DNA of 64,000 nucleotides from Eledone cirrhosa (Eukaryota): assembly GCA_964016885.1 (NCBI GenBank), contig OZ024740.1, positions 67,766,001 through 67,830,000 of the forward strand. The letters are read 5' to 3'. Every line of letters starts with the position of its first letter. Position 1 is the stretch's first letter. The position numbers and the translations under genes are program-made. Below the pieces are notes generated by a model. That model searched no databases. It was not told the origin of the DNA and was given only the letters and a program-made list of their open reading frames with translations. This document shows, piece after piece, positions 1 through 13,889 of the stretch.

Positions 1-197
1 CCTCTCAGTTATAAAAACTATCTCTTTCTCTCTATCACCCATCTCTCCCTCTCATCTCCTCCCCTTTTTCACCCCCCCCCTCTCTAAATAAAATATTTTT
101 CCCAATATCACACATTAATCTAAAACCACTTTTCATATGTTGATTTAAAACTGCACTATCCACAAGTGTTTTTTTAGCCTTCATATCATGTTCTCCT

Positions 198-266
198 GTT
201 TTATCTGATGAAAACACAAATATTATTGCATGATGATGTTTGTTTTTGAAATGCGCATACTAAAAT
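198..266 (+). ncRNA. Minimal type-I hammerhead ribozyme motif, canonical core
   Basis: GTTTTAT-CTGATGA(205-211)-AAACACAAA...TTTGTTTTT-GAAA(248-251)-TGCGCA-TA-CTAAAAT. Palindromic loop III, predicted AUA cleavage after 259. Innermost stem I pair is mismatched. Confidence 0.7.
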
Positions 267-297
267 ACATGGAACTCCTTTAACCATCTTTTGATCT

Positions 298-298
<1 letters not shown>

Positions 299-370
<72 letters not shown>
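299..370. repeat. (TA)n microsatellite
   Basis: Directly visible dinucleotide run. Confidence 0.95.
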
Positions 371-374
<4 letters not shown>

Positions 375-607
375 TTAGAAACACACAGATACATGCGGAC
401 ACACACATATATACATGAATGCATCCGCACCCAACTGTGAGTTAAGGGTGCCAACTTCACCGATGTTGCTCAATGAATGACTGGGACAGACCAATTCAGT
501 TGAACCAGACTGAACCAGTATCAGAGTTAAAAATACATTATGAAGAGAGAAGAAACATTTAGATATAATTAGTAATAAAATGTATCATACCTAAACTGCT
601 CCTAAAT

Positions 608-697
608 TCCTCGACTACGTAGTTTCGTGGCATAAAGAAAAACAATATATCATAAAGACATAGAGTCCTTGCGAGGTCTGCCGACTTATCAAGAGGA
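608..697 (-). ncRNA. Hammerhead ribozyme motif, U3-A8 variant (inverted copy)
   Basis: Reverse complement of 1082-1171. Confidence 0.75.
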
Positions 698-1081
698 TAC
701 CTCATTTTACTAGTCTCAAGAACGCGTCTACACGACGTGAGAAAGAATCCCAAAAGGCGGAGGGGGAGATAGTCACGTGATATAACGGCATGTATCTGTG
801 TGTTTCTAAATATATTGTTAATAACTCCCTCTGGTCGAGCAATCTTTGAAGTGTGGGGACAGCTGGAAAGCTTCCATTACTCATACTTCTCGCCTTCTTC
901 ACCACCTCTTCTGCGGCCTCGATATAAATACCCCCTCCGCCTCCGTGGTATTTTCTTCGGGGTTATAAGAGGCTTAGCTCTGTTTCTCGACCGTTATATC
1001 GCGTGACTATCTCCCCCTCCGCCTTTTGGGATTCTTTCTCACGTCGTGTAGACGCGTTCTTGAGACTAGTAAAATGAGTTA

Positions 1082-1171
1082 TCCTCTTGATAAGTCGGCA
1101 GACCTCGCAAGGACTCTATGTCTTTATGATATATTGTTTTTCTTTATGCCACGAAACTACGTAGTCGAGGA
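1082..1171 (+). ncRNA. Hammerhead ribozyme motif, U3-A8 variant
   Basis: TCCTC-TTGATAA-GTCGGCA...TGCCAC-GAAAC-TACGTA-GTC-GAGGA. Stem I TCCTC/GAGGA, predicted GUC cleavage after 1166. Confidence 0.78.
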
Positions 1172-1676
1172 ATTTAGGAGCAGTTTAGGTATGATACATT
1201 TTATTACTAATTATATCTAAATGTTTCTTCTCTCTTCATAATGTATTTTTAACTCTGATACTGGTTCAGTCTGGTTCAACTGAATTGGTCTGTCCCAGTC
1301 ATTCATTGAGCAACATCGGTGAAGTTGGCACCCTTAACTCACAGTTGGGTGCGGATGCATTCATGTATATATGTGTGTGTCCACATGTATCTGTGTGTTT
1401 CTAAATATATTGTTAATAACTCCCTCTGGTCGAGCAATCTTTGAAGTGTGGGGACAGCTGGAAAGCTTCCATTACTCATACTTCTCGCCTTCTTCACCAC
1501 CTCTTCTGCGGCCTCGATATAAATACCCCCTCCGCCTCCGTGGTATTTTCTTCGGGGTTATAAGAGGCTTAGCTCTGTTTCTCGACCGTTATATCGCGTG
1601 ACTATCTCCCCCTCCGCCTTTTGGGATTCTTTCTCACGTCGTGTAGACGCGTTCTTGAGACTAGTAAAATGAGGCA

Positions 1677-1766
1677 TCCTCTTGATAAGTCGGCAGACCT
1701 CGCAAGGACTCTATATCTTTATGATATATTGTTTTTGTGTATGCCACGAAACTACGTAGTCGAGGA
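1677..1766 (+). ncRNA. Hammerhead ribozyme motif, U3-A8 variant (second tandem copy)
   Basis: Same core and stems, 595 nt downstream of 1082. Confidence 0.78.
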
Positions 1767-1835
1767 ATTTAGGAGCAGTTTAGGTATGATACATTTTATT
1801 ACTAATTATATCTAAATGTTTCTTCTCTCTTCATA

Positions 1836-2455
<620 letters not shown>

Positions 2456-3394
2456 GTTTGTCTGTGTGTATCTGAGAACAATAGGAGGGAACCACAGTAA
2501 GTAATGTACTTAATACATAGTAGAATATATATGAATTAGTATAGCATATATGAAATGATTAACACATCAGTTAAATATATGTATTACTATTTTTATTTTT
2601 ATTTGAAGTATTATTGGCTTCGTTAGACAAAAGCAAACACATCTCACTCTACAGAATTAGTAACAAAAATTGAAGATATGACCGCCAATTAGAGTTTTGG
2701 AAGAACATACATTTGTGGGCTCAGATTATGGGGCGATGTTAAATGATCAGCTATTAGAATTCTCGTTCAGTCATGCAGCTGGGAATATATACAGAAAAAA
2801 TGTGTCTATGCGTCTTCCACACATCTAATATGACTATTTAACTACAAAAGACAGAGGGTATCGAATTTTAAGCAGCAGTCCGTATAATTAGTTTCTCAGT
2901 GTGTTCTTTTTTTACATTTGTATAATATTGTAGTAAGCGCGTATACTGCTTCGAAGATAAGGGACGTTTGCCTTGTATGTTCAATTGGATCAGGTGGAAT
3001 TTGGATTGTCTTCGCAGGATATTGGGAAGCAATGACTTGAAATTGCTTAAGAAAGTCATTGTTATGGCAACATCTTCTTGCTAATGAATAACACAAATTG
3101 CTTCAGTATGCGGAGCTATTCATGCACACGACAAATCTATCAATTTGAACTAAGAGAGTAAGGAATCTAGCACTACAACCAAATCACAAGCTTACATATT
3201 TTATTGAACCTTGTAAACACCACGCACGAATTTAAATTTTCGGATATAACCAAATGCCATAAGCAATTAATATTTAAAGCATTATTTTAGAATTCTAACG
3301 CAATGCAGAGAGAATAGATATTAAATATACCCACATCATATGAAACTATTTAATTGGTCCTTTATAGAACGACACATAATATTGATTTTTGCAG

Positions 3395-3660
<266 letters not shown>

Positions 3661-3705
3661 ATGACATCAGTGCAATGAATATATATATATATATATATAC
3701 GGTTG

Positions 3706-3965
3706 GAGGCGCGTGACATAATGGTTAATGTGTTGGAATTACGATCATAATGTTGTGAATTCGGTTCGACTCCTGTACTGGGTTGTGAGTTTTGTACTTG
3801 AGGAAATGTGTACAACTTAAAATATGTACCAACAATAGCAGGTTGTTTAGCCCTGCAATGGATTGGCGTCATGTCCAGGGGTAGTCTTGTAATATCAGTC
3901 GTTTACACTACGGTATCCGGGATAAACAGCCACTTAGTGATCCTCCCGGTACTAGGCAGATTTTA
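3706..3965 (+). mobile_element. tRNA-derived SINE (family distinct from the dominant one)
   Basis: A-box-like GGCGCGTGACATAATGG, B-box GGTTCGACTCC, and a CCCTGCAATGGATTGGCGTCATGTCCAGGGG body resembling widespread metazoan SINE bodies. Confidence 0.65.
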
Positions 3966-4239
3966 GACATTTATATATACGTGAGAGCAAATGAAGTCTA
4001 AAAAAGTCTATCAATCCAGGTGTTACGAGCGATATTAAAAATTAGTCAGTTATTTAAAATAAATTGTATATCATATGTGTATCTTGGCATCGGTGGAATA
4101 TGTACTAGTCTAAATCGACACATATCTCTTTGAAAGTCTTCATACAGCTTCAGATCCTGTTCATAGATACATGCATACAAGCACACACACAGATAGGCAC
4201 ATGTGTATATATGTAGATAAGTATACTTGGCAGGCAGCG

Positions 4240-4309
4240 CACACACATACCCACACATATATACATTTATATATATTTATATATATGTATACATACACAC
4301 ACACACACG

Positions 4310-4340
<31 letters not shown>

Positions 4341-4357
4341 GTGTGTATATATATATA

Positions 4358-4430
<73 letters not shown>

Positions 4431-4543
4431 ATATATATGTGTGTGTGTGCATATATATATATATATATGTGTGTGTATGTGTATATATGTGTGTGTGTGT
4501 ATGTATGTATATGTATGTGTGTGTGTATGTATGTGTGTATATG

Positions 4544-4576
<33 letters not shown>

Positions 4577-4640
4577 GTATATGTGGATGTATATGTATAT
4601 GTATGTATGTGTGGATGAAGGTATGTGTGTATATATAGGT
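4240..4640. repeat. (CA)n/(TA)n/(TG)n compound microsatellite
   Basis: Directly visible. Confidence 0.9.
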
Positions 4641-4950
4641 GTAAGTGCACTAAATCCCTATCTATCACGCTCCACTCTCCTACCCACCACAGGAAGATAT
4701 ATGTATGTATATTGCTTCCACCCCCTCACTGACCAGCAGCTGGCCAGTTGGCCATTGCTAAATCTGACCTTTATAAAATAACCCACACCCCAAATAACTT
4801 CTCATTCACTACCAGAAAGGGACACAGCAGTCAACTCGTTGTTGCTACCTAGATGAAAACTACTATGAAATCCCACAATGAATTTTATACTTGAATTTTC
4901 AAATCTCAAATGTTAACTCTTCGTATTATTAATTTTTCTTAATATTAATC

Positions 4951-4998
4951 AACATTTGAAAAGATGGCTTTTGCAGACCCATCGAAACCGGTCATTTT
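4951..4998 (+). ncRNA. Minimal hammerhead ribozyme motif, U3-A8 variant
   Basis: AACAT-TTGAAAA(4956-4962)-GATGG...CCATC-GAAA-CCGG-TC-ATTTT. Perfect 5-bp stem II and palindromic CCGG. One mismatch in stem I. Confidence 0.72.
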
Positions 4999-5099
4999 TT
5001 ATACCCTTTATTATTTCCTTACCTTATAAAATTATATGTTTTTTCACAAAACAGTATTCTGTCTCTTATATATTCCATGTGCCATTACCAACCTCAATT

Positions 5100-5159
<60 letters not shown>

Positions 5160-5161
5160 AC

Positions 5162-5213
<52 letters not shown>

Positions 5214-5636
5214 CATATATACACAGCCAATGTGTGAGAGGTTTTGTACAAATTGTCCGATATACATGATTGATCGATATCGATGTGTATTCAGTATATA
5301 TGCATCAGTGGATTCAATTGTATCGTTATGGACTGCATTTTTATGTTAAATATGATCAGTTAATATATGCGTAATATACACATGATATAAAATAGAGTTA
5401 TGATTGTTAAAATGGCTACAACGATCACTTCATAAATCTGAAGTTCAGAGTTGGACTTCAGTGCGTATCATCATCGGAAAGAGGTCTAAAATAATGCCCC
5501 CGGTTGAAGAAACATTGGAAAAAATAGGCTTTGGAGAACACGAAATACATAACTTGATAGGCGGTCTCTTAAACCCTAGGGAGCTAATTAAGCGATCTAG
5601 TGTTTGCACGATCATCACTGTGCAAATTAATAATAA

Positions 5637-5823
5637 TTGTTTCTGCATTTGGCACATGGCCAGCAATTATCCCAGTGCAGTACTGGCACTTTCTTTTATC
5701 GACCCCGTACGAATGAAAAGCAAAGTTACCTCGGCTGTATTTGAACTCAGAATGTAAAGGACCGTAATTCTATACAGCAAAGTATGGCGTCCGACCATCT
5801 ACCGATACTGCTAATCCACTACC
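5637..5823 (-). mobile_element. Dominant ~190-bp SINE family copy
   Basis: Matches the other copies (ctgagttcaaat...gaggtaactttgcttttcattc...ggggtcgataaaa...gtgccaaatgcagaaacaattatt). Confidence 0.8.
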
Positions 5824-6076
5824 TTTTTCAAATTAATAATAAGGACTGGTACTGCACATGTATTCAGAAGAGCACTATCTCTGAGAGGGTGTGTCAATAT
5901 GAGTAGGGCACTATCTCTGTAAGAATGATCAGCTGTAAAGTTATATTCAATGTCGTGGGTTAACTAGCTTACCAATGTATACAGTGAATTTATTTGCCCT
6001 AGGTGCCAAGAAGAAACATATATCATAAACAATACTGATGGAAAAGGAACAAAACAATAAAAATAATAATAATATT

Positions 6077-6267
6077 AATTGTTTCTACTTTTGGCCTAAG
6101 GCCAGCAATTAGCCCAGTTGATTACTGGTGCTTTATTTCATCGACCACGTAAGGATGAAAAGGAAAGTTAACCTCGGTGGGATTTGAACTCAGACAATAA
6201 AGAGGCGTAACTCTATGTCGCAAAGCATGGCCTCCGACCTTCTACAGATACTGCTAATACCCCACCC
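6077..6267 (-). mobile_element. Dominant SINE family copy
   Basis: Same consensus, with (ATT)n tail. Confidence 0.82.
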
Positions 6268-6535
6268 TATAATAATAATAATAATGCTTTCTTTATTAAC
6301 CACAAGTGTTTACATGAAGTAGACATTAAGGACAGTACAGGACAATACAGGACAGAACAAATGGGCATTTCTGCGTGTAAAAAAAACAAAAATAGGATGT
6401 AACACAAAATAACAATGAAAAATTCGCCAATAGGGGAGGGACTTCCGAGGGACATTTGTGGAGAAAGCCCATTAAAAAGCCACAGTGACCTTGACCACCA
6501 TGGCAAGTGCCCTCTCCCAGTTTTCCACCTTTAAT

Positions 6536-9500
6536 TTACAGACACATACTCAGAGTAGGCCCATTCACTCGGGCCATACTTGCTTCTCTCACCCATCTTT
6601 CAACAAAATGCTGAGAAGAAAGTACTTCTCTCTCTACCCTGATTTTCCTTTTCAAATGAAATTTGAAAAAGTTAATCAGGGCATCACTGAAGAGGTAAGT
6701 GCTCGTCTTCAGCCCTTTCAAACGTGTCCACCATACTATAACTTTAGCCATGGCCATCAGACAGATAAAAACTGCCTGCCCTTCCCGGCTAAAGGAAGAG
6801 GGCGGGGCAATCCTCACGATGGACTCAGCTGATAGCTGGATCCGTCCTACACGTGACAGCAGGTGTTCGACATAAACCCACAAGTCAGCAATGCTCGGAC
6901 ACTGGACGAGTGCGTGCAGGACGGTTTCGTCGCCCTGCGCGCATCTCGGACATGCCCGGCTGACGGCACCTCCATACCTGTAGAGTTTATCCCAAACTGG
7001 CAAAGCTCCTCGGTAGCACTGCCAGGCCAGGGATTTCTGGAAGTTGTTCATAGGCCCCGGCCCGAAAGTCCTTCCAAAGAGATTGGCTAGTTGATTTTCG
7101 TCGACGCCTAGATTTTCTCCAAGTACGTCGTCGCTCTTCCCCTCCACTAATCCTCTATAGAACGCCAAGGTGGTTTTTCCACCGATCACATTGCGCCTGA
7201 AGACATTACATTTTCCAAGCTCTCCCTCTCGGTCTTCGCTTGACTCAGGACTGCAGCTCCGTCAAGCAGAGGAGCTGCGGAAAGACGTGTCTAGCAAACG
7301 GTGACCACACCTGATCACCGTCGAGAAAGTGGTGGAGATGTCGTAGCCTGAGCGCGTGTCTGCGCATCATCAGCCACGGCATGCCCAGCCCTCCACGTAG
7401 CTTGTGTTGACAGCAGATGGACCGCCTGATCATCGGTACGCGTCCCTTCCACAAAAAGCGAAAGAGTAAACGCTCCAGCGCAGTAAGGCGTGCCTTAGGA
7501 CAAGGTACGACGGTCAGGCGGTAGTAGATGACGGACGCGATGTACGCGTTAGCCACCTCCGCTCGACCTTTCAGGGATAGCTTCCTCTCCGCCCATTTCT
7601 CGTCACCTAGTCCCATCTTTTGTCCGTCTGGAGGTCGGAACGAACCACACCCCTAGCAATTTAACCGGTCCGTCAGTCCAGCACCCGACGACGCTGTTGG
7701 ACGGCATGGACCTGCCTCTCCAGGTGCCGATCTGCAGGCCGACTGACTTTTACTGGTTGATCATTGCTCCTGTCATCGCTTCGTATTCTCTTAATGTAGT
7801 ACCGATCGCCTCAATGTGTTTGGCTTTCGACACCACTACGATGACATCGTCGGCATATGCTGACATGGATCTTCCGCATCCTAGTTCACGCGGGACCCCC
7901 CTCAACGTCTCCAGCCTGTGCAGTAATGGCTCGAGAGTTAATACGTACAAGAGGGACGAGAGGGGACATCCTTGGCGGACCGAGCGCATGATGTTGAACC
8001 GTTCCGAAAGGTGACCGTTCACTCTCACCACAGAGCAGATGTCGCTGAGCAGTGCAGCGATCCAGCCTCTGAAGACGGGTCCAAAGACAGCCGCCCTCCG
8101 GACTGGCGCTAAGTAACGATTGTCGACCCTATCGAAAGCTTTCGACTGATCTAAATTGAACAAGGACCCACCCGTGCCAGGTTCCCTAGCTACGCTCTCT
8201 ACAATGTATCGCATGAGGTGGAGGTTGTCGTGGATGGATCTGTCGGGAATGGCGCATGACTGCGCCTCTCCCACCAGACCACCAACGACAGGCGCCAACC
8301 TCTTTTTTAGCACCTTGGCCAAAATCTTGAACTCTGTGATTAGCAGAGTTATGGGCTTGAAATTATCTATTTTTTCCCCCTTGTTCGGATCCTTTCTCAG
8401 CAGCGCCACAGCTCCGCGGCTCACATAGCTGGGATTTCTCAAGTTCTGTTGCCAGTTGCAGTAGACGTCCGCCAAGAGGCTTCCGAACAAGTCTGGCATC
8501 TGTAAGTAAAGTTCATAGGGCAGATCATCCAAACCAGGCGATTTACCCCTTCTGCAGCCATTATTGCCTCCCGTACTTCAGCCGTTGTTATCGGCTTTTC
8601 GCAACACTCCGCCTCAGTGGCCGAGAGCTGCGGCAGTCCATCGAGGTAGACACTAAAGTCCATCCCTCGATCTGGCCCGCCGCTGCCCCCGAACAGCTGT
8701 GCGAAGTGTCGCTGAAAAGTTTTACACGTTTACCCGAGATCGAGTAGCATGCGCCCGTCGTCGTCCACCAAAGACTGAATCGTGGTTTGTTGCCACGACG
8801 CGCCTCCGCCACTCGGGCCCATTGAACGGCTTTCGTTCCCTCGTGTCTGAGAGCACGCACCATAGCTCTGACAACGCAGCGTTCGTGCTTTGCATTGAAG
8901 AATTGGTCAAGGGCCAATTTCGCCGCAAGTACGTCGGTCGCGATGCCATTGCTAAGCGCCTCGTCTAATTTTCTAACTAGTTCTTCCTCTGATCTATTTT
9001 TCTCTATTGCAAAAGCCTTACTAAACATAATTGACTGTATTCTAATCGCTCTTTTCAGATTAACTCACCACTTGTTGTTGACGATGGCCCCCGTCAACGC
9101 CCGCTTAATTAGTTCGCTAATCCAGTCTCTGTAGGCCTTGCGCGCTGGTAAGGACGCGTTTAGCTTCCAGAAGCCGGGTCCTCGTCTATGAAGCCTATCT
9201 AAGTCAAGCACACAGATCACGTATTTGTGGTCAGTGTAGCTGACTATCTTGAATTGTTGACAGCCTATGCTAGACCTATCTATTTCCCTACAAAATACTC
9301 TATCTAGATGTGATCTGGATGACCCTATGCGATTTGTCCAAGTCCACATTCGCACATTCGGGAAATCCAATCGGTACCAGTCAGACAGTTCAATACGCCT
9401 GAGCAGGTTGGTAAGGCTCTTGCACCCTCCTCTCATAATGCTAATCCCAAACAGTCCCAGCGTGCATCTAAGATCCCGTTCCAATCACCCACTAACTCTA

Positions 9501-9905
9501 AAGAGCGGAACGTTCCAAGAAAGGTCTTCAAACGCCGGAAGAAATAAGTCCGCCCTGCTCCTGTCGGGTCATAGACGGCCACTAGCCTGAAAGCTTGCCC
9601 GTCTTCGCTGGTCACGTCCAGCACCACCAACTTATTTTCTGGGTCCAGGAGATGGCCCGTATGGCGAGGTCCAAACCTCTCCGAAAAAGCACAGCAATTT
9701 CTCCCCCCGATCCAGGACGGCTGGGAGATGCGTACACATCGTAGCCGCCGAAGATCGGTGTGAAGGCCCGTGCTTCGGAGATTCTAGTCTCGCTGATGGT
9801 CACTACATCTATGTTTAATGACCTGAGGTCGTTGAGCAGGTGGCCCTGCTTCCATGACGATCCCAAGCTACGCGCATTTATGCTGCCTATTCTGAGTGAG
9901 GTCAT
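6536..9905 (-). pseudogene. LINE A ORF2 (AP endonuclease + reverse transcriptase + cysteine-rich domain), fragmented
   Basis: Collinear ORF-track pieces 9612-9905, 9433-9630, 9065-9484, 8588-9028, 8439-8663, 7750-8532, 7245-7616, 6536-7189. Confidence 0.9.
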
Positions 9906-9939
9906 GTTGAAATGGAGTGGAAAAGATGGGAAAGACCAC

Positions 9940-11859
9940 TTACCTTACTTCTCGTAGAGGAAGGACGGTTTCTCCATCCGTTTCACTGCTTGTGGCCTCC
10001 TCAGGAAGGATGTCCTTATAAATCCTCCTGGAGAGTGCTTGTCGGAAGTCTCCGATGTCTTTGGGGAATTTTTGTTTTAGTGCCGTGTACGTTTTCTGTG
10101 TGATGCGAGTGATTTGTATGTGTGGAGGTGGTGTGAACTTTTGGGTTGTTGTGTAGTCTTTTTCTGTGATGCTGGTGTTGTATTGGATGTAGTGTAATAA
10201 TTGGTTGTTGTTCAAATTTAATGCTGTGTAGTGTGTATCGTTTTGGTTGTTTTATTTTGTTTGCGCTTGTTGTGGGTTTGTTTGTTTCGCTTTTTGGTGA
10301 CTTTTGTGGTGTTGGTGAAGGTGGTGTTGGGGTTAATGATGGTGATAGTGTTGGTGTTTGTGGTGATGGGGTTGGTGATGCTGGTGTGGATGGTGGCATA
10401 TCTGCCCTAATTCTTTTGCTTGATAGTTTATTTGTTTCCCTCTGTATTTTGTTTTTGGAGGAGGAGGGAAGAGAATTTTTTCTTTTTTGGTTTCTTTTTT
10501 TTCTTTTTTCCTGATACCGTTTCCCACTCCTCGTCGTCACAATCTGTCTCCAGTTGTGATAGTCCGGAGAGCGGAAAATCCTCCACAGGCGTTGGTTTTG
10601 GTTGTTTGTGGTGGATGGTGTAGGCGCTGGTGCTAGTTCTGGCGCGTTGGGTGGTGGTGGTGTTGGTTTTGCTACTGTGCTGGGTTGTTGCTGTTACAGT
10701 TGCTTCTGATGTTGCTGCTACAGTTGTTGCTGCCATCTCTGCTGCTGGTGGTGTTGATGGTTGAGTCACTGGGGTGGGTAAGAGAGGTGGCCTCAACCTT
10801 TTAGCCTGAGGGCAGAAAGCCATTAGGTGGGTTCCTTCACCGCAAACGACAGATCTAGGCCTTCTGCCCTCGACGATTACGGTGAGTGGATGCCGTTAGT
10901 GAGGTCTATTACCTCTGGGATCTCCTCAATGCTTTTTTGGTCCGCTTGGATCAGGAGTTCCATCCCAGATCCGGACCAGTTCTCCTGTTTTTCTTTCGCT
11001 ATTTCGATTATCTTGGTGTTGGCTTCAATGCCGGCGAGGACGGCAGCTATTATCCAGGGAATTTCGATGGCCGGTGGAACGTGAGTCACCCTGTTCTTCA
11101 CGAGTCTCTGGCCACAATAGAGTCTGAAGTCGTCACTTGTTAATGGGGCTATGGAGTGTTCTCTGGCCTCCTGTGGTGTATCAAAGAACACGTCCACGGT
11201 TCCATATTTCTGCCCAAGTCTGATGTGGGGTTTTTTTGCCCACACATGTCCCAAAGCTTTTTGGATTTGGGACTCGGATGCCCGTTCCACTCGGCGCGAT
11301 TGTATGTTATTCGTCCGATAAGACACGGTGCATTAGCGCCGATGCTCCCTTTTATTAGGTGGGGTGGGGGTGGGGTGGGTTTTTTTGGTGGGGGTGAGGC
11401 TTACCCTGTACCCATCTTTCTTTACCATTTTTTGGCTTCTTCTAATTCCTCCTGAGTTACCTGGAATGTTTCGCACTGTTTTGCTACTCTGGCAAAACTC
11501 AGGGAGGTTTTGTTAATTTCATTGTTGCTGTTGTTGTTATCGTTATTTTTGTTATTGTTAATTTTAGTTTCAGTTGTGGTGGTGGTGGTGGCGTCAGTGT
11601 GTACGGTGTGGAAGAGTTTATTTTGGTTGAATTCATTTCGATATCACGAGTTAATTTATATTTTCTTTTGTTTCTGTTGTCGCTGGGGTGTGGTGGGGGT
11701 TGCGGCTTTAACTCCTGCAGTCATTGGTAATGGCGGGAAATAAATGTCTGCCTGAGACAAATTTAAAATATTGCTACGGCTTATATTTTTAGTGTTGGCA
11801 AACGTAGTAATATTTACAATGGTGCTGTCGGTGTGCGGTGTTAGTTTTTGAGTCGTCAA
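9940..11859 (-). pseudogene. LINE A ORF1 (gag-like, zinc knuckle, long Thr/Pro/Lys-rich tracts), fragmented
   Basis: Pieces 11656-11859, 10877-11326, 10428-10823, 10016-10540, 9940-10215. Copy B retains RPRCVVCGEGTHLRAFCP. Confidence 0.75.
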
Positions 11860-12123
11860 TGATTTTTCAAAAAAAATGTTTGTTTGATAATTATAAAAGT
11901 TTAAATTTTGGGCTCAAGGCCCCAATCTTTTTGGGTGTCCTTTTCAGATAACAATGTATGTGCACTTCTATACAGTTAACAATAAAAAATTTCCATAGAT
12001 GGCAATTTTAAACAACTGAAAATAACAAACATTTGCGGAGCTCACGATGATACGATTTACGACGTAGGTCGCAAAAAAAAAAAAAAAATAAATAAATAAA
12101 TAATAATAATAATAATAATAATA

Positions 12124-12307
12124 ATTGTTTCTACTTTTAGCACAAGGCCATTAATTACCGAGTACATTGCTGGTACTTTATTTTATCGACCCCGTAAGGT
12201 TGAAAGTAAATGTTAACCTCGGCGGGATTTGAACTCAGACCGAAAAGGGATGTAACTATGCTGGAAAGCATGGCGTCCGACCCTCTACCGATACTGCCAA
12301 TCCACTA
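12124..12307 (-). mobile_element. Dominant SINE family copy
   Basis: Consensus match. Its (ATT)n tail abuts the 5' end of LINE A. Confidence 0.85.
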
Positions 12308-12319
12308 ATAATAACAACA

Positions 12320-12450
12320 ATGGTTTCTGATTTCGGCACAAGGCCAGCACATTTGGGGAAGGAGAAATTCGATGAAATCGACCCCAGAGTGTGACTGGTA
12401 ATATATTTTATCGACCCCGTAAAAATGAAAGGCAAAGCTAAACTCGGCAG
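12320..12450 (-). mobile_element. 5'-truncated SINE, longer-tail subfamily
   Basis: ggcacaaggccagc...tttatcgaccccgt...ggcaaagctaaactcggc with an extra ~30-bp segment. Confidence 0.7.
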
Positions 12451-12479
12451 GATAATAATATAAAATATAATAAAATAAT

Positions 12480-13330
12480 ATCTGTATAGTAGGAATTACA
12501 TAAGTGGAATGAATTTCCGAGCTTTGTCTATCATTACATAGAGTGCAGAAATTCTAAAATGGAAGGAAAACGACAAAAAACAAATATAGTTAGAAAGACT
12601 ACTAACACTATGTTACATAAGGAGGGCGATGTCAAGTCAGGACAGTGTTAATATTTACATAAAGATATGTCTGAGAGTAACGAGCCAACACTTAAGACTA
12701 TATTAAAGGAGGAGATAACAGACTAGGAGATGTCTCAGAAAGAAATTACAACAAAGAGGTAAAACAACCTGAGGAAAATGATCTACACAGCGTTTTCTTA
12801 AAGAAAACAGAATGTAGAGATCCACAGTCATGGAACAGGTTAAAGAAAGTGGACCTAACGAAAGTTACAGAGGGAATGGTACTGGCTTCACAGAAGCAAG
12901 CCCTTAGAACAAAGTCGATGTAATATCATATTGAAATGAGCAGGCTTGTCAGCTCTAATGAACCTGTGTGTGTGTGGGGGGTGGGGGGAGAAACTGTAGC
13001 TTACATCGTATCCGGGGGAAAACACATAGCCAAGACTAATTTAAAGGATTGAGACATGATATCATAGCAAAAGTAATCCACTGGCATTTATGCTGAGAAG
13101 TGGTAGAACAATAAAACGGAATTGGTGATAGAAAATCATCGGGTGAAGGTGTTGAGGCATTTCATGAACAGATAAAGGAATAGAATACAATGGGTATGAA
13201 TTCGAGCTTTTTAACAAGTACAAAGGATATTGCTAGATTATCGATGTAGCTTGCCCCATTGACAAAGGAAGGCAAGTAGAGGGAAGGGCTAAAGTCAAAC
13301 AGTACCAGGATTGAAAGTGAGAACTGAAGA
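12480..13330 (+). mobile_element. Old R4/Dong-like LINE remnant
   Basis: Nucleotide similarity to 42010-42940, e.g. gatgtagcttgccccattgaca vs gatgtggcctgcccattcgaca, and taccaggattgaaagtg vs taccaggacttaaagtg. Confidence 0.7.
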
Positions 13331-13889
13331 ATAATGTATGTATATATGTGTAGATATATATGTGTCGATCTATATATACATAAGTGTGTATATATACATG
13401 TGGATGTATATATATATATATGTATATATTATTTGGTTGTTCCTACTTCTATTGTATATATATATACATATAACAAGTGAGTCACTATTTGCTACAATGT
13501 ATGAATGTGTGTTTGTATAAACCCGCAAAAATGTGAATAAATTATCCAATAATTAGATATAAGTTCTCACTGTTCTATGATGTAGCGAATACTCATTCAT
13601 ACAAAAGCATGGAGGATACGTTAACACTAAAAGGTTAACTTTTTGAATGAATATCATGAGCTGAAAATGTGATGAACATCCGGTGTATTTATGAAATATT
13701 TTAGTGAAAAATATTTCGCTGGGTTTAAATAAACAACAGAAGATACGGAGAGGAAGAAGTGATAATTTAAATGTATGCAAAGGAGATGACTGTTACTTCT
13801 CTAAGCTATGTGTACTCTCGCTTGCGTGCATTTTGGCGTGTGCACTGCGTATCTAATATATATTTAGTTATATATATATAGTTAAAGAA

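Larger units (their letters stand above)
6286..12072 (-). mobile_element. L1/Tx1-like LINE A, near full length, degenerate
   Basis: ORF1 fragments with a CCHC-knuckle region (~10810-10860). APE start MTSLRIGSINARSL (9905), GDWN, SDWYR, YTDHK. RT motifs LDQSKAFDRV, VRQGCPLS, AYADDV. C-terminal CPRC...ETVLHALVQC. Many frameshifts and stops. (AAT)n at both ends. Confidence 0.92.

Noticed and set aside
559-1815. Repeated 64-76 aa ORFs (MGFFLTS..., MFLNILL...)
   Set aside because: They recur only because the DNA is duplicated. Mostly non-ATG starts and no recognisable domain.
2868-3190. Protein-like minus-strand ORFs
   Set aside because: Upstream stops in frame, no good splice sites, no recognisable motif.
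3706-3785. tRNA gene
   Set aside because: A and B boxes are present, but no cloverleaf folds and it continues into a SINE body.
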